Origin: an uncultured delta proteobacterium
Lineage (GTDB): Bacteria > Desulfobacterota > Syntrophobacteria > Syntrophobacterales > Syntrophobacteraceae
Direction: 5' to 3'
Length of the DNA: 64,000 nucleotides
NCBI GenBank assembly: GCA_963808625.1
Contig: CAWEHK010000008.1
Location: 1-64,000, forward strand
In this document: one piece after another, positions 22,139 through 34,336 of the stretch
Layout of the letters: every line of letters begins with the position of its first letter
Numbering within the stretch: position 1 is the first letter of the stretch
Made by a program: the position numbers and the translations under genes
Notes under the pieces: generated by a model
What the model was told of the DNA's origin: nothing
Seen by the model: only the letters and a program-made list of their open reading frames with translations
The model's database searches: none

Positions 22139-23608
22139 TCAGGCGCTGGCCGCACTCATTTTGCCCATCTGTTCCAGGTAACCTCCGCGCGTGAACAGCC
22201 AATTCATGGTCCGGGAATTGGTGGAGCAGACTCTTGAACGCTTTTTGAGCGCGGGCGGAGTCGCGGAGTTTTTCACTGGCATTTTTGCCGAGGAGGAAAT
22301 AGGCCTTGGGGACCAGCCCATGCTGCGGATTCGCTTTGATGAACCGGACAAAGGCGTTCCATCCGGTCTTGGCGTCCCCCTCTTCCATGCACCACTCGGC
22401 GATCTTGAACAAGGCTTCGGGGTTCGGGATGAATTGACGGTCCAGGGCCAGGCATTCCCGGTATGTGTCACAAGCCGCCCCCTTGTCGTCTGCAGCAGCG
22501 AGCAGGTCCAGATAAGTGACGCCGTGGCTCACCATCTCATGCTTCCGCCCGGTGACTTTGAGCAGACTATAATAACGTTCGGCCAAAACCCGATCGGCGG
22601 TGCCCTTCCGCATGCTGTCCCGCAATACGACGATGGCATCCTCGGCCCTGCCGTCCTTCATCAGGATACTGACTTCATTCAAGATTGCTTCTCTCGCCTC
22701 CAATTTCTTATCACCGGAGGCGGCGGGGCCCCGCGACAGCACCGGCGCCTGATCCGTGAAATCTTCAGGGTTCACTTCATAGCCAATCTCCTCATGGTAC
22801 TGGAGAATTACATATCCCATAAGGCAGTACGAAATAACGGTGTAATAATTGCTGACGGCAAAGCCGAGGAAAAGGCGCAGTTCGGGTGCCATAAAGGAAG
22901 TGAAATTGTTGAGGATATACGCGGGAGCTCCATAGAGGAGAGACAGGAAGAGATACATCAGGAGGTATCCCCAGCCGATGCGGTAGGCAATGGTCACAAA
23001 GGCCACCGGATTCAGGGCCTTGAGCAAACTATTGCTGATCACGAGCACGATGATCATCGCAGGGGACAGCAAAATGCCGAGGAACATGCACAGAAAGAAC
23101 ATGTTCACCCCAAAAAAGACGATAATCGGAACCAGGGCGAGGCCCATAAGGAAGAACAGGGCGATTTGCTTGAATGCCTGTCCCACGTCTTTCCCGAGGA
23201 CTTCATAGGAAAGCGGCGGCGGCTGCAGGTTCCCCTGAACGGTATTTCTCAGCACCGCATAGCAGTATTTGATCAGGACCACCCAGAGGATGCCATAGAT
23301 GTATGGGAACCGAAGGAGGAAGGCGCCCGCCGAGGCGAGGATCAAAATCAGGAGCAGGGGCCTGGGGTGCAAGGGATAGGCGAAGAACTGCGGAAGCCTG
23401 TTCCAGAAAGGAGTAATGAAGCTCCCGACGCTCAGCATGTCTGCCTGAACATTGCATTTGGGGCAAAAAAAGAAGTCCCTGACTTTTCCGTACACTTCGG
23501 TTCGGCGATGGGAAATGCACTGGCAGGGCAAAAATTCGCCCCGCACCTGGGACAATGATATCGGGCCGCCTTGGTGGGATGATAACTACAGGGCTCCGCA
23601 ACACTCAT
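22139..23608 (-). CDS. Membrane protein with B-box-like Zn finger, DUF4013-like TM region and TPR repeats (frameshifts near 23525 and 22180)
   Basis: MSVAEPCSYHP...CPRC...C..C...CPKC N-terminus, several TM helices, TPR-like C-terminus. Confidence 0.75.
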
Positions 23609-23662
23609 GATGGCTCCTCTCCCGATGGTCCTTAAGGGATTGCCTCTTCTCCCCGTATCCTG

Positions 23663-24202
23663 TTATTCAATCAACAAAAAGGCGTAGCGGTTCATGGCCT
23701 GAGAATATTCCGACAGAACTTGGATCGGATAACCATATGGCCTGACGGTCGAGAAGACATCCACTGCCATCGATTCGGGAGATGGCCTTGCCGAGCGGGG
23801 GTTTTTGCACTTTTTCCTCAGACCCGGGCAGTCCTCACAGAGGTAGCAGCTATCCATAAAGAGGAGAAAAGCTTTCGCATAACCCTTGAAAAAGACCGCC
23901 CTCTCCAGCTTCAGCAAATCCTCATTCACCCCTCTTGACCAGGAATGACGGTCCTCGGGGTTATCTACCTTCTTTTCAAAATGGAAGATCGCTGCCGTGC
24001 GGTATTCGTTAAAGAACTGCCGGCATTCAGACACCGAAGGGACATTGGGGGGACATGACGCATTATTTCCATAGTTCCCGCACCCGAAGGTGCACTTCAT
24101 GCGCACCCATTGGGAAACGACAATGTCTTCGGGCTTAATCCATTTGAAGTCGGTATAACCATGTTCCGCAAATAGGGCTTCCAGTTCCGCTTGATTGTTC
24201 AT
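23663..24202 (-). CDS. DUF2284 predicted metal-binding protein
   Basis: VRMKCTFGC..YG....CPP, C..C..C and ARPS.ES..VDV motifs. Confidence 0.85.
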   Translation of the reverse strand: MNNQAELEALFAEHGYTDFKWIKPEDIVVSQWVRMKCTFGCGNYGNNASCPPNVPSVSECRQFFNEYRTAAIFHFEKKVDNPEDRHSWSRGVNEDLLKLERAVFFKGYAKAFLLFMDSCYLCEDCPGLRKKCKNPRSARPSPESMAVDVFSTVRPYGYPIQVLSEYSQAMNRYAFLLIE

Positions 24203-24243
24203 GTCCGGCTCCTTTTCTCTCCGGTGGCCTCCCCACCTCAGCG

Positions 24244-25401
24244 TCAACCACGGTTTGCTTTAGGTTGATAAAGGAGGCTGTTGGTGAGGTAATTGACGTA
24301 CCACTCGATGAGCATGCTGAGGATCGTGATGATGCCGAGGATCAGGAACGCATAGAGCACAAAATGCAGCATGGGCTGTTCGCGCAGGCGTTCGCCGAAA
24401 TAGATCACATACGGTTGATGGAAAAGATAAAGTCCGTAGGAATAGGCGCCGACACTCACGAGGGCGGACCTCACGAGAGTCAAGCGGTCAACCCAGCGGG
24501 CGCACTGGGCGAGAATGATGGTAAGGCCGGTGCCAATGAAACCATCGGTAAACACATGGAAAAAGACCGGTTGATAACTGTAGACACCGAGTACATAAAT
24601 GACGATTCCCGCAACCAGTGTTTTTCCCGCAAACAGGCGCTCCTCCACCAAACCCGGGTGTTCGCTATAATAGTATGCCAACACCATCCCCGTGGCGAAC
24701 TCCCAGAGCCGCCCCATAAAGAAGGCCCCCTGCGCATAATCGCTGTTTGCATGCAGCACGTCCACCAGAACGAAGCGGGTGACGATCGTCGCCAGAATGC
24801 TCAGGACCAGATATTGTGCCGGACCGAGCTTCTTCATCAGCCAAAAAAGCAGCGGGAAGACCACGTAGAGCTGAATCAGCAAACCAAAATACCACCAGGC
24901 CGGAACAAGATAATAGAAGACCGCATCGGGAGGGAAAAAACGGTTGCCGAGGAAGCTCAGGAGGAACCGATAGTCGATGGGGTCCTTGAGCGAAACAAAG
25001 GGCGAAACGAGGCAAATCAGGTGACCAAGCCAGTATAAAGGGAACAGGCGAAGCACCCGTCGTCGGTACCAGCGCCCCCAACCTCCCGGAGGCATGCCTT
25101 TTTTCACCAGCGAGTAGGTCAACCCAAAACCGCTGGCAACGACGAAAACGGCAACAGCCTGCGACCCCCTCTCAAAGACGGCCGCAACCAATCCATCCAG
25201 GGCGCAGCCAATGGTTCCCAGAAGGGACGACGCTGCACATTCCTCCAGAAATGCCGGAAATGCGGCAAAGCCAAGGATCCATGGGTGGCGGCCGGCATCG
25301 TAGGCCATGAAAAAATGGAAGATCGCAATCCAGAGGATGGAAATTCCCCTCAGACTGTCAAACCAGGTAAGCCGTAACGTCTTAGCTTGCGCTGCGGGCA
25401 T
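24244..25401 (-). CDS. Acyltransferase-3 family membrane acyltransferase
   Basis: FDSLRG...H, F...SGFGL, RR..RL.P.Y, SYGLYLFH; about 10 TM helices. Confidence 0.9.
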   Translation of the reverse strand: MPAAQAKTLRLTWFDSLRGISILWIAIFHFFMAYDAGRHPWILGFAAFPAFLEECAASSLLGTIGCALDGLVAAVFERGSQAVAVFVVASGFGLTYSLVKKGMPPGGWGRWYRRRVLRLFPLYWLGHLICLVSPFVSLKDPIDYRFLLSFLGNRFFPPDAVFYYLVPAWWYFGLLIQLYVVFPLLFWLMKKLGPAQYLVLSILATIVTRFVLVDVLHANSDYAQGAFFMGRLWEFATGMVLAYYYSEHPGLVEERLFAGKTLVAGIVIYVLGVYSYQPVFFHVFTDGFIGTGLTIILAQCARWVDRLTLVRSALVSVGAYSYGLYLFHQPYVIYFGERLREQPMLHFVLYAFLILGIITILSMLIEWYVNYLTNSLLYQPKANRG

Positions 25402-25580
25402 ATTTAAACGAACTTTCAGATTGGGCGCTGACGACTATCTTCATGGGAATCGCCAGCACTGTTCGGCGTAAGTTTCTTTACGATTTCGGTGGGCACAAAA
25501 AGACGTGCCCACCCTACCCAGCTAGCCACTGACCGCTCAGCACCCATGCACTCATCACTCATCACTGATCACTGACCACT

Positions 25581-26759
25581 TCACAGTCCCGCCCGGGCCA
25601 TCAAGCTGCCCAGCACTTTCTCGGCGGCGAAATACTCGGCGGCAATTTCTCTGGCAGCACGGCAGCTCCCGGCATAGTCACTTTCGATAACATCGACGGC
25701 GGCGAGAATGTCCTCCATCGTAAGGAAACCGAAAAGCCCTCTCCCGGTCGGCAGGAATTTGCTGAAACCCGTTTCCTGGGTGATCACCGGGCGCCCCGCC
25801 GCCAGGTAACAGCAGCTGCGGTCGCTGAACCAGCCCGTCAGAGGACGCACCACCTGGTCCTTGGCCACCGTAAATTCCCCTCGCGATCGTTGGACGTAAT
25901 TGCGATAGCGATCGATGTCCTGCGATATGGGCAGGGAATGGACAATGTTCCAGCCATGACTGCGAAGCAGACGCTCCGTCGGTTCATCCAGCACCACCGC
26001 CAGTTCGAACGGCGCCGAACGGCGTTGCGGAAGGTCGATGAATCTCAGGAACTCCCGGTCCTTCGTCCAATAGTACACCTCGCCGCGGAACGTCAGGTCC
26101 TTGCCTTTATTGTGCCAGGTCGTGATCGTGCTGTAGGAAGAAGCGGCGGAAGGCTCGTGCGGATTCTCCCACAGCTCGAGGGCTACGGGCTGGCGTGTCG
26201 GCAGCCAGGTGAAATGCTCCACCGGCACGCCGCAGTCGGAGGCACCCAGGTTTTCCCCAAAACTGAAATGAATATCGTGGGCAGCTAGCGCCGCAAGGGT
26301 CGGTTCATCCCCCTCCGCCACCTTGATCTGCACCGCGAACGGGTCCGTCTCCACATAGATTCGGCGGGGACAGACCAGGTGTTCTTCGCGCAGTTCCTGA
26401 GAGGCCGTGACATTGAGGAAGGCATCAGCTTCGCGATAGAGTTCGAGCAGGTCCGCTTCGCTCATACCGTAACACCTGCCACCCGGGTAGTTGCCACGAA
26501 AGGCCCATTTTCCTTCGAAGCCATGAGCTTGAAGAATAGGGGCTACCGCTGCGATATTGTCCGAAGCATCGGGAGTGAATTCATAGCTCTCGGCATGGTA
26601 GACCCACCTCCCGGAGTCCTCCACATAATAGACATCGTAACCAAGCCGCCGCAGGCCGATAAGGTAATGCAGGAACTGATACGTCACCCCGGCCAGCGGG
26701 TACCAGAAGATGATTCCAAAGACGATGATTTTACCTTTACCGCCGCTTTTATCAGCCAT
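25581..26759 (-). CDS. GT-B-like putative glycosyltransferase (paralogue B)
   Basis: GLRRLGYDVYYVED...GWFSDRSCCYLAAGRPVITQETGF. Confidence 0.65.
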   Translation of the reverse strand: MADKSGGKGKIIVFGIIFWYPLAGVTYQFLHYLIGLRRLGYDVYYVEDSGRWVYHAESYEFTPDASDNIAAVAPILQAHGFEGKWAFRGNYPGGRCYGMSEADLLELYREADAFLNVTASQELREEHLVCPRRIYVETDPFAVQIKVAEGDEPTLAALAAHDIHFSFGENLGASDCGVPVEHFTWLPTRQPVALELWENPHEPSAASSYSTITTWHNKGKDLTFRGEVYYWTKDREFLRFIDLPQRRSAPFELAVVLDEPTERLLRSHGWNIVHSLPISQDIDRYRNYVQRSRGEFTVAKDQVVRPLTGWFSDRSCCYLAAGRPVITQETGFSKFLPTGRGLFGFLTMEDILAAVDVIESDYAGSCRAAREIAAEYFAAEKVLGSLMARAGL

Positions 26760-26779
26760 CTCGAATTGCTTTCCTTTAC

Positions 26780-27965
26780 TCAGAGGTCTTCAATCATCCT
26801 GCCAAGGACCTTGCCGGAATCGAGATATTCGCTCGCTATTGATCGCGCTGCCCTCGCGTGTCGCTCATAGTTTCCTTCGACTTCGAGGATTCCTGCAATC
26901 GCTTCCTCTGCCGTATTGAACGGGAGGAGTCCTTCGCCGCCGGGATAAACAGAGCTAAAGCCGGTGTCTTGCACCACCACCGGACGACCCGCGGCCAGGT
27001 AGCAGGCAGAGCGGCAACTGAACCAGCCCGTACGCATTGCCACGTAGACGTGTTTGGCCGGAGATATTTCGCCCCGCGAGCGGCGAATGAATTCCTGGTA
27101 GGTGGCCGGCGTCAGCGTCTGTTCCGGGCCATCCACCACCTGCCAGCCATTCTCCGCAAGGCGCTCGAGCGGCGCCGTCACCCCGCCTACGGCAACCTTG
27201 AGGGGTGTTGAAAGGCGTTTTGGAAGACCCATCAGTTTCTCGAATTCCGCGCCTTTGCTGGCATATTCGATGCCCTGGTAGATGAGTTTTCCCTTGAAGG
27301 CATTCCAGGTCATGATCGTCGTCCACGGAAGAGCATTGGGTATCGGTTCCGCGGCGAGGGAATCCCACAAATCCAACACCACCGGCATGCGGGTGGGCTT
27401 CCAGGCAAATTCCATGTGCGGGACGGTGCAGTCGGCCCCGTAGATATTTTCCGCATAGGTGAAATGCTGGTCATGATCCTGCACGCTCTGACACCACCGT
27501 TCCACGTTTTCCGACCAGGCAAGGCGCTCGCTCAACATGATCTGGTTGTAGCCGGGGTCGGTGTCGAGGAAGATCTTGATGCATCGGGGAGAAAGGTTTT
27601 CGGGGATCATGCAAGCGCCGCTGACGTTGATGAAGAGATCAGCGGTTTCCGCTGCTCGGTCGAATTCCTGCCGGCTCATGCCAAAACTGGTTTCATGCAG
27701 ATGGAGATAATGCCAGCGATGGACCAGTTCCGGTGCGTAGGTCTTGAAAGAAGTTAAGGATATAGTTTGCGGAATAGTCGCCCTCGGGAGTGTTGGTCTT
27801 CTGCACGGGATGGTAGGGCCAGCTCCAGGTATCTTCATGGTAGCAAACCTCATGTCCCAGGCGCGCCAGCCCCACTGCGTACTGCAGATAATCCCAGGCC
27901 ACCCCGCCAACCGGATACAGGCCAACCAGACCAGTGACAATAATGCGCAGTCGTGAATTCGTCAT
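26780..27965 (-). CDS. GT-B-like putative glycosyltransferase (paralogue A; frameshift near 27745); start overlaps the lpdA stop
   Basis: GLARLGHEVCYHED...GWFSCRSACYLAAGRPVVVQDTGF; ATGA overlap at 27962-27965. Confidence 0.65.
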
Positions 27966-29395
27966 CGCATATCCTGATAAATCGAACACTTCCTCACCGC
28001 CAGGGCGGCTTCATGCAAGGCTTCGGAAAAGGTCGGATGGCCGTGGACCGTGCGGGCAAAATCCCGGGAAGTCATATTGAATTCCAGGGCAAGCGCGGCC
28101 TCGCCGATCATATCCGAAGCCCGAGCCCCAAAAATGTGCACCCCCAGGATACGGTCCGTCCTGGCATGGGTGATAACTTTTGCCAGGCCCTCCGTTGCTC
28201 CCATGCAACGCGCCCGCCCCGCGCCCGTAAACGGATACGTGCCGACACCATGGTCGATCCCGCGCGCGTGAACCTGCTCTTCCGTCAACCCCACGCTCGC
28301 CACTTCCGGAAAGGTATAAATCACCGCCGGGATGGCATCATAATTCACCTCACCGGGAAGGCCAACCATGCATTCCACCGCCGCCATCCCCTCAGCCGAG
28401 GCCTTGTGCGCCAGCATCGGCCCGGCGACGAGGTCTCCGATGGCATAGATTGAGGGAATGCTGGTGCGGTAGCCCTCATCGACCAATACCTGGCCGCTCC
28501 CGGGATCAAGCCTCACACCGAGTTCCTCGAGCCCCAGCCCGCGGGTAAGCGGTCGCCGCCCCACCGCTACCAGGAGCCGGTCGCAGGCAATCTCTTCTTC
28601 CCGCCCTTCAGATTCCGCACCCAAGTGGACCCCGTCGGCCTCAACTCGAGCCGCCACGACCTTGGTGCGCAAACGGAAGGTGAAGCCCTGCCCGGTAAGA
28701 GATCTCTCCAGGGCCCGCCGGATTTGGCCGTCCAGGTTGGAGGCAATGGTCGGCAGCATTTCGATGACCGTCACCTTTGAACCCAGACGCCGCCACACCG
28801 ACCCCAGTTCGAGACCGATATAGCCGCCGCCCACGATGGCCAGATGTCGGGGCACCGAATCAAAGGCCAGGGCTTCCGTGGAACTGACGATCCGGGAGCC
28901 ATCGAAGGGGATGCCGGGCAGAGAAACCGGTTCGCTGCCGGTTGCCAGCAGGATCGACTTAGCCTGGATGATCGTGCGACCTTCGCCGAGGCTGTTATCG
29001 TCGCCGCGGGTAACCTCGACCTGGTTTTTGGCCACCAAGCGGGCGGGACCTTGAACGACCTTGACCCGGTTGCCTTCCAGCAGTTTTCGAACATTGTCGC
29101 TCAGGTCCTTCACGACCTGATCTTTTCGCGCCATCATGACCGCTAAATCGAGTTTTATGCCCTCGATCAAAATCCCGTGATCGGTCAGCCGGCTTTTCGC
29201 CGTATGGTAGTGTTCGCTGGAATCGAGCAGGGCCTTGCTGGGAATACAGCCAACGTTCAGGCACACGCCTCCGAGTCGCGGCTCCTTCTCCACACAGACC
29301 ACCTTCAGGCCAAGCTGAACCGCACGGACGCACGCGACATACCCACCCGGACCGGCACCGATGACGCACAGGTCGTAACCTTCTTGATCCGCCAT
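27962..29395 (-). CDS. lpdA: Dihydrolipoamide dehydrogenase (E3)
   Basis: GAGPGGY, GGVCLNVGCIPSK, GGGYIGLE, HGHPTFSE. Confidence 0.95.
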   Translation of the reverse strand: MADQEGYDLCVIGAGPGGYVACVRAVQLGLKVVCVEKEPRLGGVCLNVGCIPSKALLDSSEHYHTAKSRLTDHGILIEGIKLDLAVMMARKDQVVKDLSDNVRKLLEGNRVKVVQGPARLVAKNQVEVTRGDDNSLGEGRTIIQAKSILLATGSEPVSLPGIPFDGSRIVSSTEALAFDSVPRHLAIVGGGYIGLELGSVWRRLGSKVTVIEMLPTIASNLDGQIRRALERSLTGQGFTFRLRTKVVAARVEADGVHLGAESEGREEEIACDRLLVAVGRRPLTRGLGLEELGVRLDPGSGQVLVDEGYRTSIPSIYAIGDLVAGPMLAHKASAEGMAAVECMVGLPGEVNYDAIPAVIYTFPEVASVGLTEEQVHARGIDHGVGTYPFTGAGRARCMGATEGLAKVITHARTDRILGVHIFGARASDMIGEAALALEFNMTSRDFARTVHGHPTFSEALHEAALAVRKCSIYQDMR

Positions 29396-29396
29396 G

Positions 29397-30782
29397 TCAT
29401 ATCTCCAACATGATTCGCTCAGGATTTTCGACACATTCCTTGATGCGTTTCAGAAAAGAAACCGCCTCCCGTCCGTCGACAATGCGGTGATCGTAAGTGA
29501 GAGCGACATACATCATGGGCCGAATCACCACTTCACCGGCAATTGCCACCGGGCGATCCTCGATTTTGTGAAGCCCCAGGATCCCGCTCTGCGGGGTGTT
29601 CAGAATCGGGGTGCTGAGCAGCGAACCGTAAACCCCGCCGTTGCTGATGGTGAAGGTGCCGCCCTCGAGGTCAGCCAGTTCCAGGCGATTTTCCTGAATC
29701 TTCTTCACGTAAGTGAGAATCGCTTGCTCGAGACCGGCATGGCTCAGCCGGTCCGCGTGACGAATCACCGGAACCACGAGGCCGCGTTCGCCCCCAATGG
29801 CGACGCCAATGTGATAGTAATGGTGATAAACGATGTCCTGACCGTCAATGAAGGCATTCACCGCGGGATATTCCTGCAGCGCGCTCACCGCGGCCTTGAC
29901 AAAAAACGACATGATGCCCAGGGACACATCGTATTTGGTCTTGTATGCTTCTCTGAACTGAGTGCGCATGGCCTGCACCCGGCTCATGTCGACCTCGTTG
30001 AAGGTCGTGAGCATGGCGGTGCTTTGCCTGGCACTGAGGAGCCGTTCCGCAATCCGCAGGCGAATGCGGCTCATGGGCCTGCGGGTGGTTTCTTCCGCCG
30101 GCGGCAGAGGCGTTTCCGCGGTCACCACCGTCGCATGGGATGCGGCAGCGGGTGCAGATGGCCGGGTCCTGTCCCATTCTGCGGCTTCTTTGAACAGGGT
30201 TGTAGAGTAGGGCGGGCCAGGCGCGTCTTCTTGCGCCTTAGCCCACCGAGAGGAAGACTCCTCCAGATAAAGCAGGACATCGCCCCTGGTTATGCGGCCG
30301 CCGGGTCCGGTTCCATGGACCTTCGCGAGGTCGACCCCTTCCGCCGCAGCCATCTGCAGTGCCGAAGGCGCAGCATTTAACCCGGAAGGCAACGGCTCAT
30401 GCGGCACTTCTCCCGGAGCAACTGCAGGGCTCGGCCCGGCCTCTTGCAGGGCGGCAGGGCGCGGCGCTTCCTGTTCCGGTCCTGCCGGCGCAGCGATTGC
30501 TTCCCTCGCTGGCGGCAGAGGCTTCTCCGTCGCACCCACCGGCGCAGCCTCGGTTTCAATGGTGCCGACCACGGCACCGACCGGCACCGTGGCTCCCTCC
30601 GCTGCCAGGATCTTCAAAATCCCATCCGCTTCCGCAACCACTTCCAGGGTCACCTTGTCGGTTTCAATAATAAAGAGAATTTCCCCCTTGCGCACGAAAT
30701 CGCCATCACGCCTGTACCATTGGGACAACAGCGCTTCCCTTACTGACTCTCCCACCTCGGGAATTTTGACTTCCGTTTTCAT
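29397..30782 (-). CDS. sucB: Dihydrolipoamide succinyltransferase (E2o)
   Basis: Lipoyl ETDKV, E3-binding [16 protein letters not shown] and YDHRIVDG motifs. Confidence 0.95.
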   Translation of the reverse strand: MKTEVKIPEVGESVREALLSQWYRRDGDFVRKGEILFIIETDKVTLEVVAEADGILKILAAEGATVPVGAVVGTIETEAAPVGATEKPLPPAREAIAAPAGPEQEAPRPAALQEAGPSPAVAPGEVPHEPLPSGLNAAPSALQMAAAEGVDLAKVHGTGPGGRITRGDVLLYLEESSSRWAKAQEDAPGPPYSTTLFKEAAEWDRTRPSAPAAASHATVVTAETPLPPAEETTRRPMSRIRLRIAERLLSARQSTAMLTTFNEVDMSRVQAMRTQFREAYKTKYDVSLGIMSFFVKAAVSALQEYPAVNAFIDGQDIVYHHYYHIGVAIGGERGLVVPVIRHADRLSHAGLEQAILTYVKKIQENRLELADLEGGTFTISNGGVYGSLLSTPILNTPQSGILGLHKIEDRPVAIAGEVVIRPMMYVALTYDHRIVDGREAVSFLKRIKECVENPERIMLEI

Positions 30783-30835
30783 GGTCGTTATCCTCATCTC
30801 GGCTGAGATCCTTCGCTTCGGCAAGCCCGGCAATC

Positions 30836-30970
30836 AACCGCAGAGTACGCAGAGATCGCAGAGAAAACCAGAGATTCTCTCTTCACTGCTAACATGCAAA
30901 TTCTCGAAATTTTGTCAGGATTTTATCCTAACTCATTGTTTACTCTGTGTTCTCTGCGCTCTCTGCGGTT
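30836..30970. repeat. Palindromic element of 9-bp CGCAGAG-type units between sucA and sucB
   Basis: AACCGCAGAG... / ...CTCTGCGGTT; same architecture as 20231-20311. Confidence 0.7.
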
Positions 30971-31088
30971 AATTCTTTTGGTTGCGGCCATCGGCTGTCC
31001 TGCGGATTCTGCGCTCTCAGCGGTGAAAACGAAACATCTGAATCTTAACGGGTATACTTCCTAACAAGAATAGAGAATCGCCATATGC

Positions 31089-33804
31089 TCATCGAGAGCC
31101 CATCGCCTGCTCGACTATCGCAGCCTGTTCACGTTTGTAAATGCTATGGTAGCCGGTCGCAGGACTGGCGGCAGCCTTTCTGCCGAGGTACCGCATTTCC
31201 CTGCCAAGGGCCTCCTGCAGATACCCCCTTGCGAAGCTCCATCCGCCCATATTCTCGGGCTCTTCCTGGACCCAGAACCATTCCTTCGCCCCGAGGCAGC
31301 GGTCGGCAACACGCCTCATTTGCTCGACCGGGAAAGGATAGAATTGCTCGAGCCTGAGAATCGTCGTGTTGTTCGCCGGTTCCATGTCACGCGCTGCCAC
31401 CAGGTCGTAGTAGATCTTTCCGCTGCAGAGGAGCACTCGCCTGGGAGAGTCAATTACTGAAGGGTCATCCAGTACTTCCTGAAAATTCCCCGAGGTCATC
31501 TCCTCCAGCCTGGAAACCGCCGCCGGATGGCGCAGCACGCTCTTCGGCGCCATCATGATAAGGGGCTTGCGGAACGCGCGCTTGACCTGTCGCCGCAACA
31601 AGTGAAAGTACTGAGCCGGGGTGGTGGGATAGCAAACCTGGATATTGTCCTCGGCACAGAGTTGCAGATAGCGTTCGAGGCGGGCGCTGGAGTGCTCGGG
31701 CCCCTGCCCTTCGAAGCCGTGGGGCAGCAGCATGACAAGGCCGCACCGACGGCCCCACTTGGCCTCCCCGGCGGCGATATACTGGTCGATGATGACCTGC
31801 GCATTGTTGGCGAAATCCCCAAATTGGGCTTCCCAGATTACCAGAGCATGGGGACTGACGAGGGCGTAGCCGTACTCGAAGCCGAGGACCGCATTTTCCG
31901 AGAGCATGCTGTCGTAGACCATAAAAGGCGCCTGGTTTTCAGCGAGCGAATTCAACGGCGTGAAATGCTCACCGGTCTTCGTGTCAACGAGCACGCTGTG
32001 TCTCTGGCTGAAGGTGCCCCGGCGACTGTCTTCGCCGCTCAGCCGAACCGGGGTCCCTTCCGACAGGAGCGAGGCGAAGGCCAGCATCTCCGCAGTGGCC
32101 CAGTCGATGTCCTGACCCTTCTTGACGGTTTCCAGTCGCCGCTCCAGAATGCGCTGAAGCCGCGAGTGCACGCTGAAACCTTCCGGATACACGTGGGCCT
32201 TTTCCGCAAGGGAAACCAGCCGCTCCTGCACGAGCCCCGTCGGCACCGGCTCGTGTGAGTATTTCCCGTCAAGACCTCCCCAATCTTCAAAAAACGTCAT
32301 GAATGGCGGGACACAAGCTTGTTCTTGAGCACTCTTGTGAGCGGCTTCCAGGCATTGGGTAATTCCGCTCTCAATCGTTTTGAGATCGTCCCCGGTCACG
32401 ACCCCTTCAGCGATCAGCTTCTCGGCATAAATCTGGCTCGACGGAGGGCGATTCTTGATCCGTTCATACATCTGCGGCTGGGTATAGTAGGGTTCGTCGC
32501 CCTCGCTGTGACCGTAGCGCCGGTAGCACACGACATCGATCACGACATCCTTGGAGAATTCGCGCCGGTAATCGACTGCCAGCCTGGCCACATGGATTGC
32601 GGCTTCCGGGTCCTCACCATGGACGTGAAAGATCGGCACCATGAGCATTTTGGCGACATCGGTGGAATACCTCGTGGAGCGGGCATCCTGCGGCAGCGTG
32701 GTGAACCCGATCTGATTGTTGATGATGACGTGGAGGGTTCCTCCCGTGGTGTAGCCTTCCAACTGTGACAGATTCAGGGTCTCGGCAACGACGCCCTCGC
32801 CGGCAAAGGCCGCGTCGCCATGGATCAGGATCGGCAGTACCGCTTGCCGGCCTTCGGCGCCAAAGGATTCCTGCCTTGCGCGCGCAATTCCCTCCACAAT
32901 GGGGTCGACCGATTCCAGGTGACTGGCGTTCGCTGCCATCAAGATCCGCAAACCTTCAGCCTCTCGGATTTTGAGGTCGGCAAGGTAGCCCATATGGTAT
33001 TTGACATCTCCACTGCCCACCAGGGCATCCGGATCGTAACTGTCCTCAAATTGACAGAACACCGCTTCGTAAAGTTTTTCGAGCACGTTGGTCTGAACGT
33101 TCAGCCTTCCCCGGTGGGCCATTCCCAGGATGATTTCTTTGCAGCCATGTTCCGCTTCGTGGTGGGCAAGGGCATCGAGCATGGCGACGATGGCTTCTGC
33201 CCCTTCGATGGAGAAGCGTTTCTGACCCAGGTATTTGGTATGAAGGAACTGATCGAAGAGCGTTGCCTGTTGGAGCTTATTCAGGATGCGGATTTGTGCT
33301 TCCTTCCCGAGCCCGGGTCGATTCCGCTTCGGTTCCATCCGTTCCTGAAGCCAGAGCCGCTCAGCAGGGTCCTGCAGGTGCGATGTATTCGACCCCGATG
33401 GAGCGGCAGTAGGTCTCATGCAGCAGAGGAACGATCTCGCGCAGGGGCATCTGCTCCGCTCGAAAAGTGCCGGGTACAAAGAAGGTCCGTTCGAGGTCCT
33501 CCTCCGTGAGATCAAAAGCCGCCAGACTCAGTAATGGATGGTCGATGGGACAGGCCTCGAGCGGGTCCAGGCACGAAAGCAGATGACCGACATCACGGTA
33601 GCGATGAATCAGTTGTTCCACCCGGGATTGCCGCAGCACCTGGGTTTCTTCACAGATACCCGCGGCTCTGCATTCTCCGAGGGCGCCGAGGTCGAACCCC
33701 TCAAAAAAAATCTGCCAATCCCGGGGAATGCTGTTCGGGTCGGATTTCCACTGCTGATACTGGGAATCCACAAAATCGGCATTTAAAGCAAAGGGAATGT
33801 CCAT
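31089..33804 (-). CDS. sucA: 2-oxoglutarate dehydrogenase E1 (frameshift near 33380)
   Basis: GMAHRGRLN, GDVKYH, HGDAAF, NNQIGFTT, WEAQFGDF, GPEHSSAR. Confidence 0.95.
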
Positions 33805-33877
33805 ATGATGGTATCCTTTGGAAACAAAAGGTCCGAATCTATCTGGCGGGACCTTAAAGCGGCACCATAGAAAGGAT

Positions 33878-34212
33878 TCACAGTTTTGCATAAAGTGAAG
33901 CTGGCAATACCTTCAGCAGCCAACCAATGAGACGCCACCGCTTTGTTATATAGCAGTGTTTTGCATTTCTCTGAATAGCTTTGTAAATCTGCCATGCAGC
34001 TTTTTGGGGTGGAGCGACCCAGAAAAGCCTTTCGCCCTTGGCCATTTGCGTATCCACAAATCCCGGCTGGATATCGGTAACCACAATCGGGAGGCCGGCC
34101 TTTGCGGCCCTGTTTCTTAGACCTTCCAGGTAGTTTGACATGAACGCCTTTGAGGCATGGCAAGCTCCCTGCCGATAACAGAACTTGCCCCGACAATAAT
34201 GGCTCGTTTCAT
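33878..34212 (-). pseudogene. Short-chain dehydrogenase with a large internal deletion
   Basis: MKRAIIVGASSVIGRELA joined out of frame directly to the (Y)xxSK region HASKAF...QPGFVDT. Confidence 0.75.
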
Positions 34213-34280
34213 TTCGGCTGGTCCCTGTGCGTTCCGGATTATCGAAAAAGGGCATAAGTGAAAAGTGTGGGGAAGGTGGG

Positions 34281-34319
34281 CTACTCCACCCTCCCCTGCT
34301 ATGAGGAAGGGTGGAGTAG
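34281..34319. terminator. Hairpin just downstream of the GT2 gene stop
   Basis: CTACTCCACCCT / AGGGTGGAGTAG inverted repeat; no clear U-tract. Confidence 0.45.
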
Positions 34320-34336
34320 AGTTGCGGAAGAAATTA

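Noticed and set aside
22191..23558. Long antisense ORFs (this one, plus 6352-7503, 29394-30380 and 50717-51805)
   Set aside because: Shadow frames of real genes in GC-rich DNA, with no recognisable motifs
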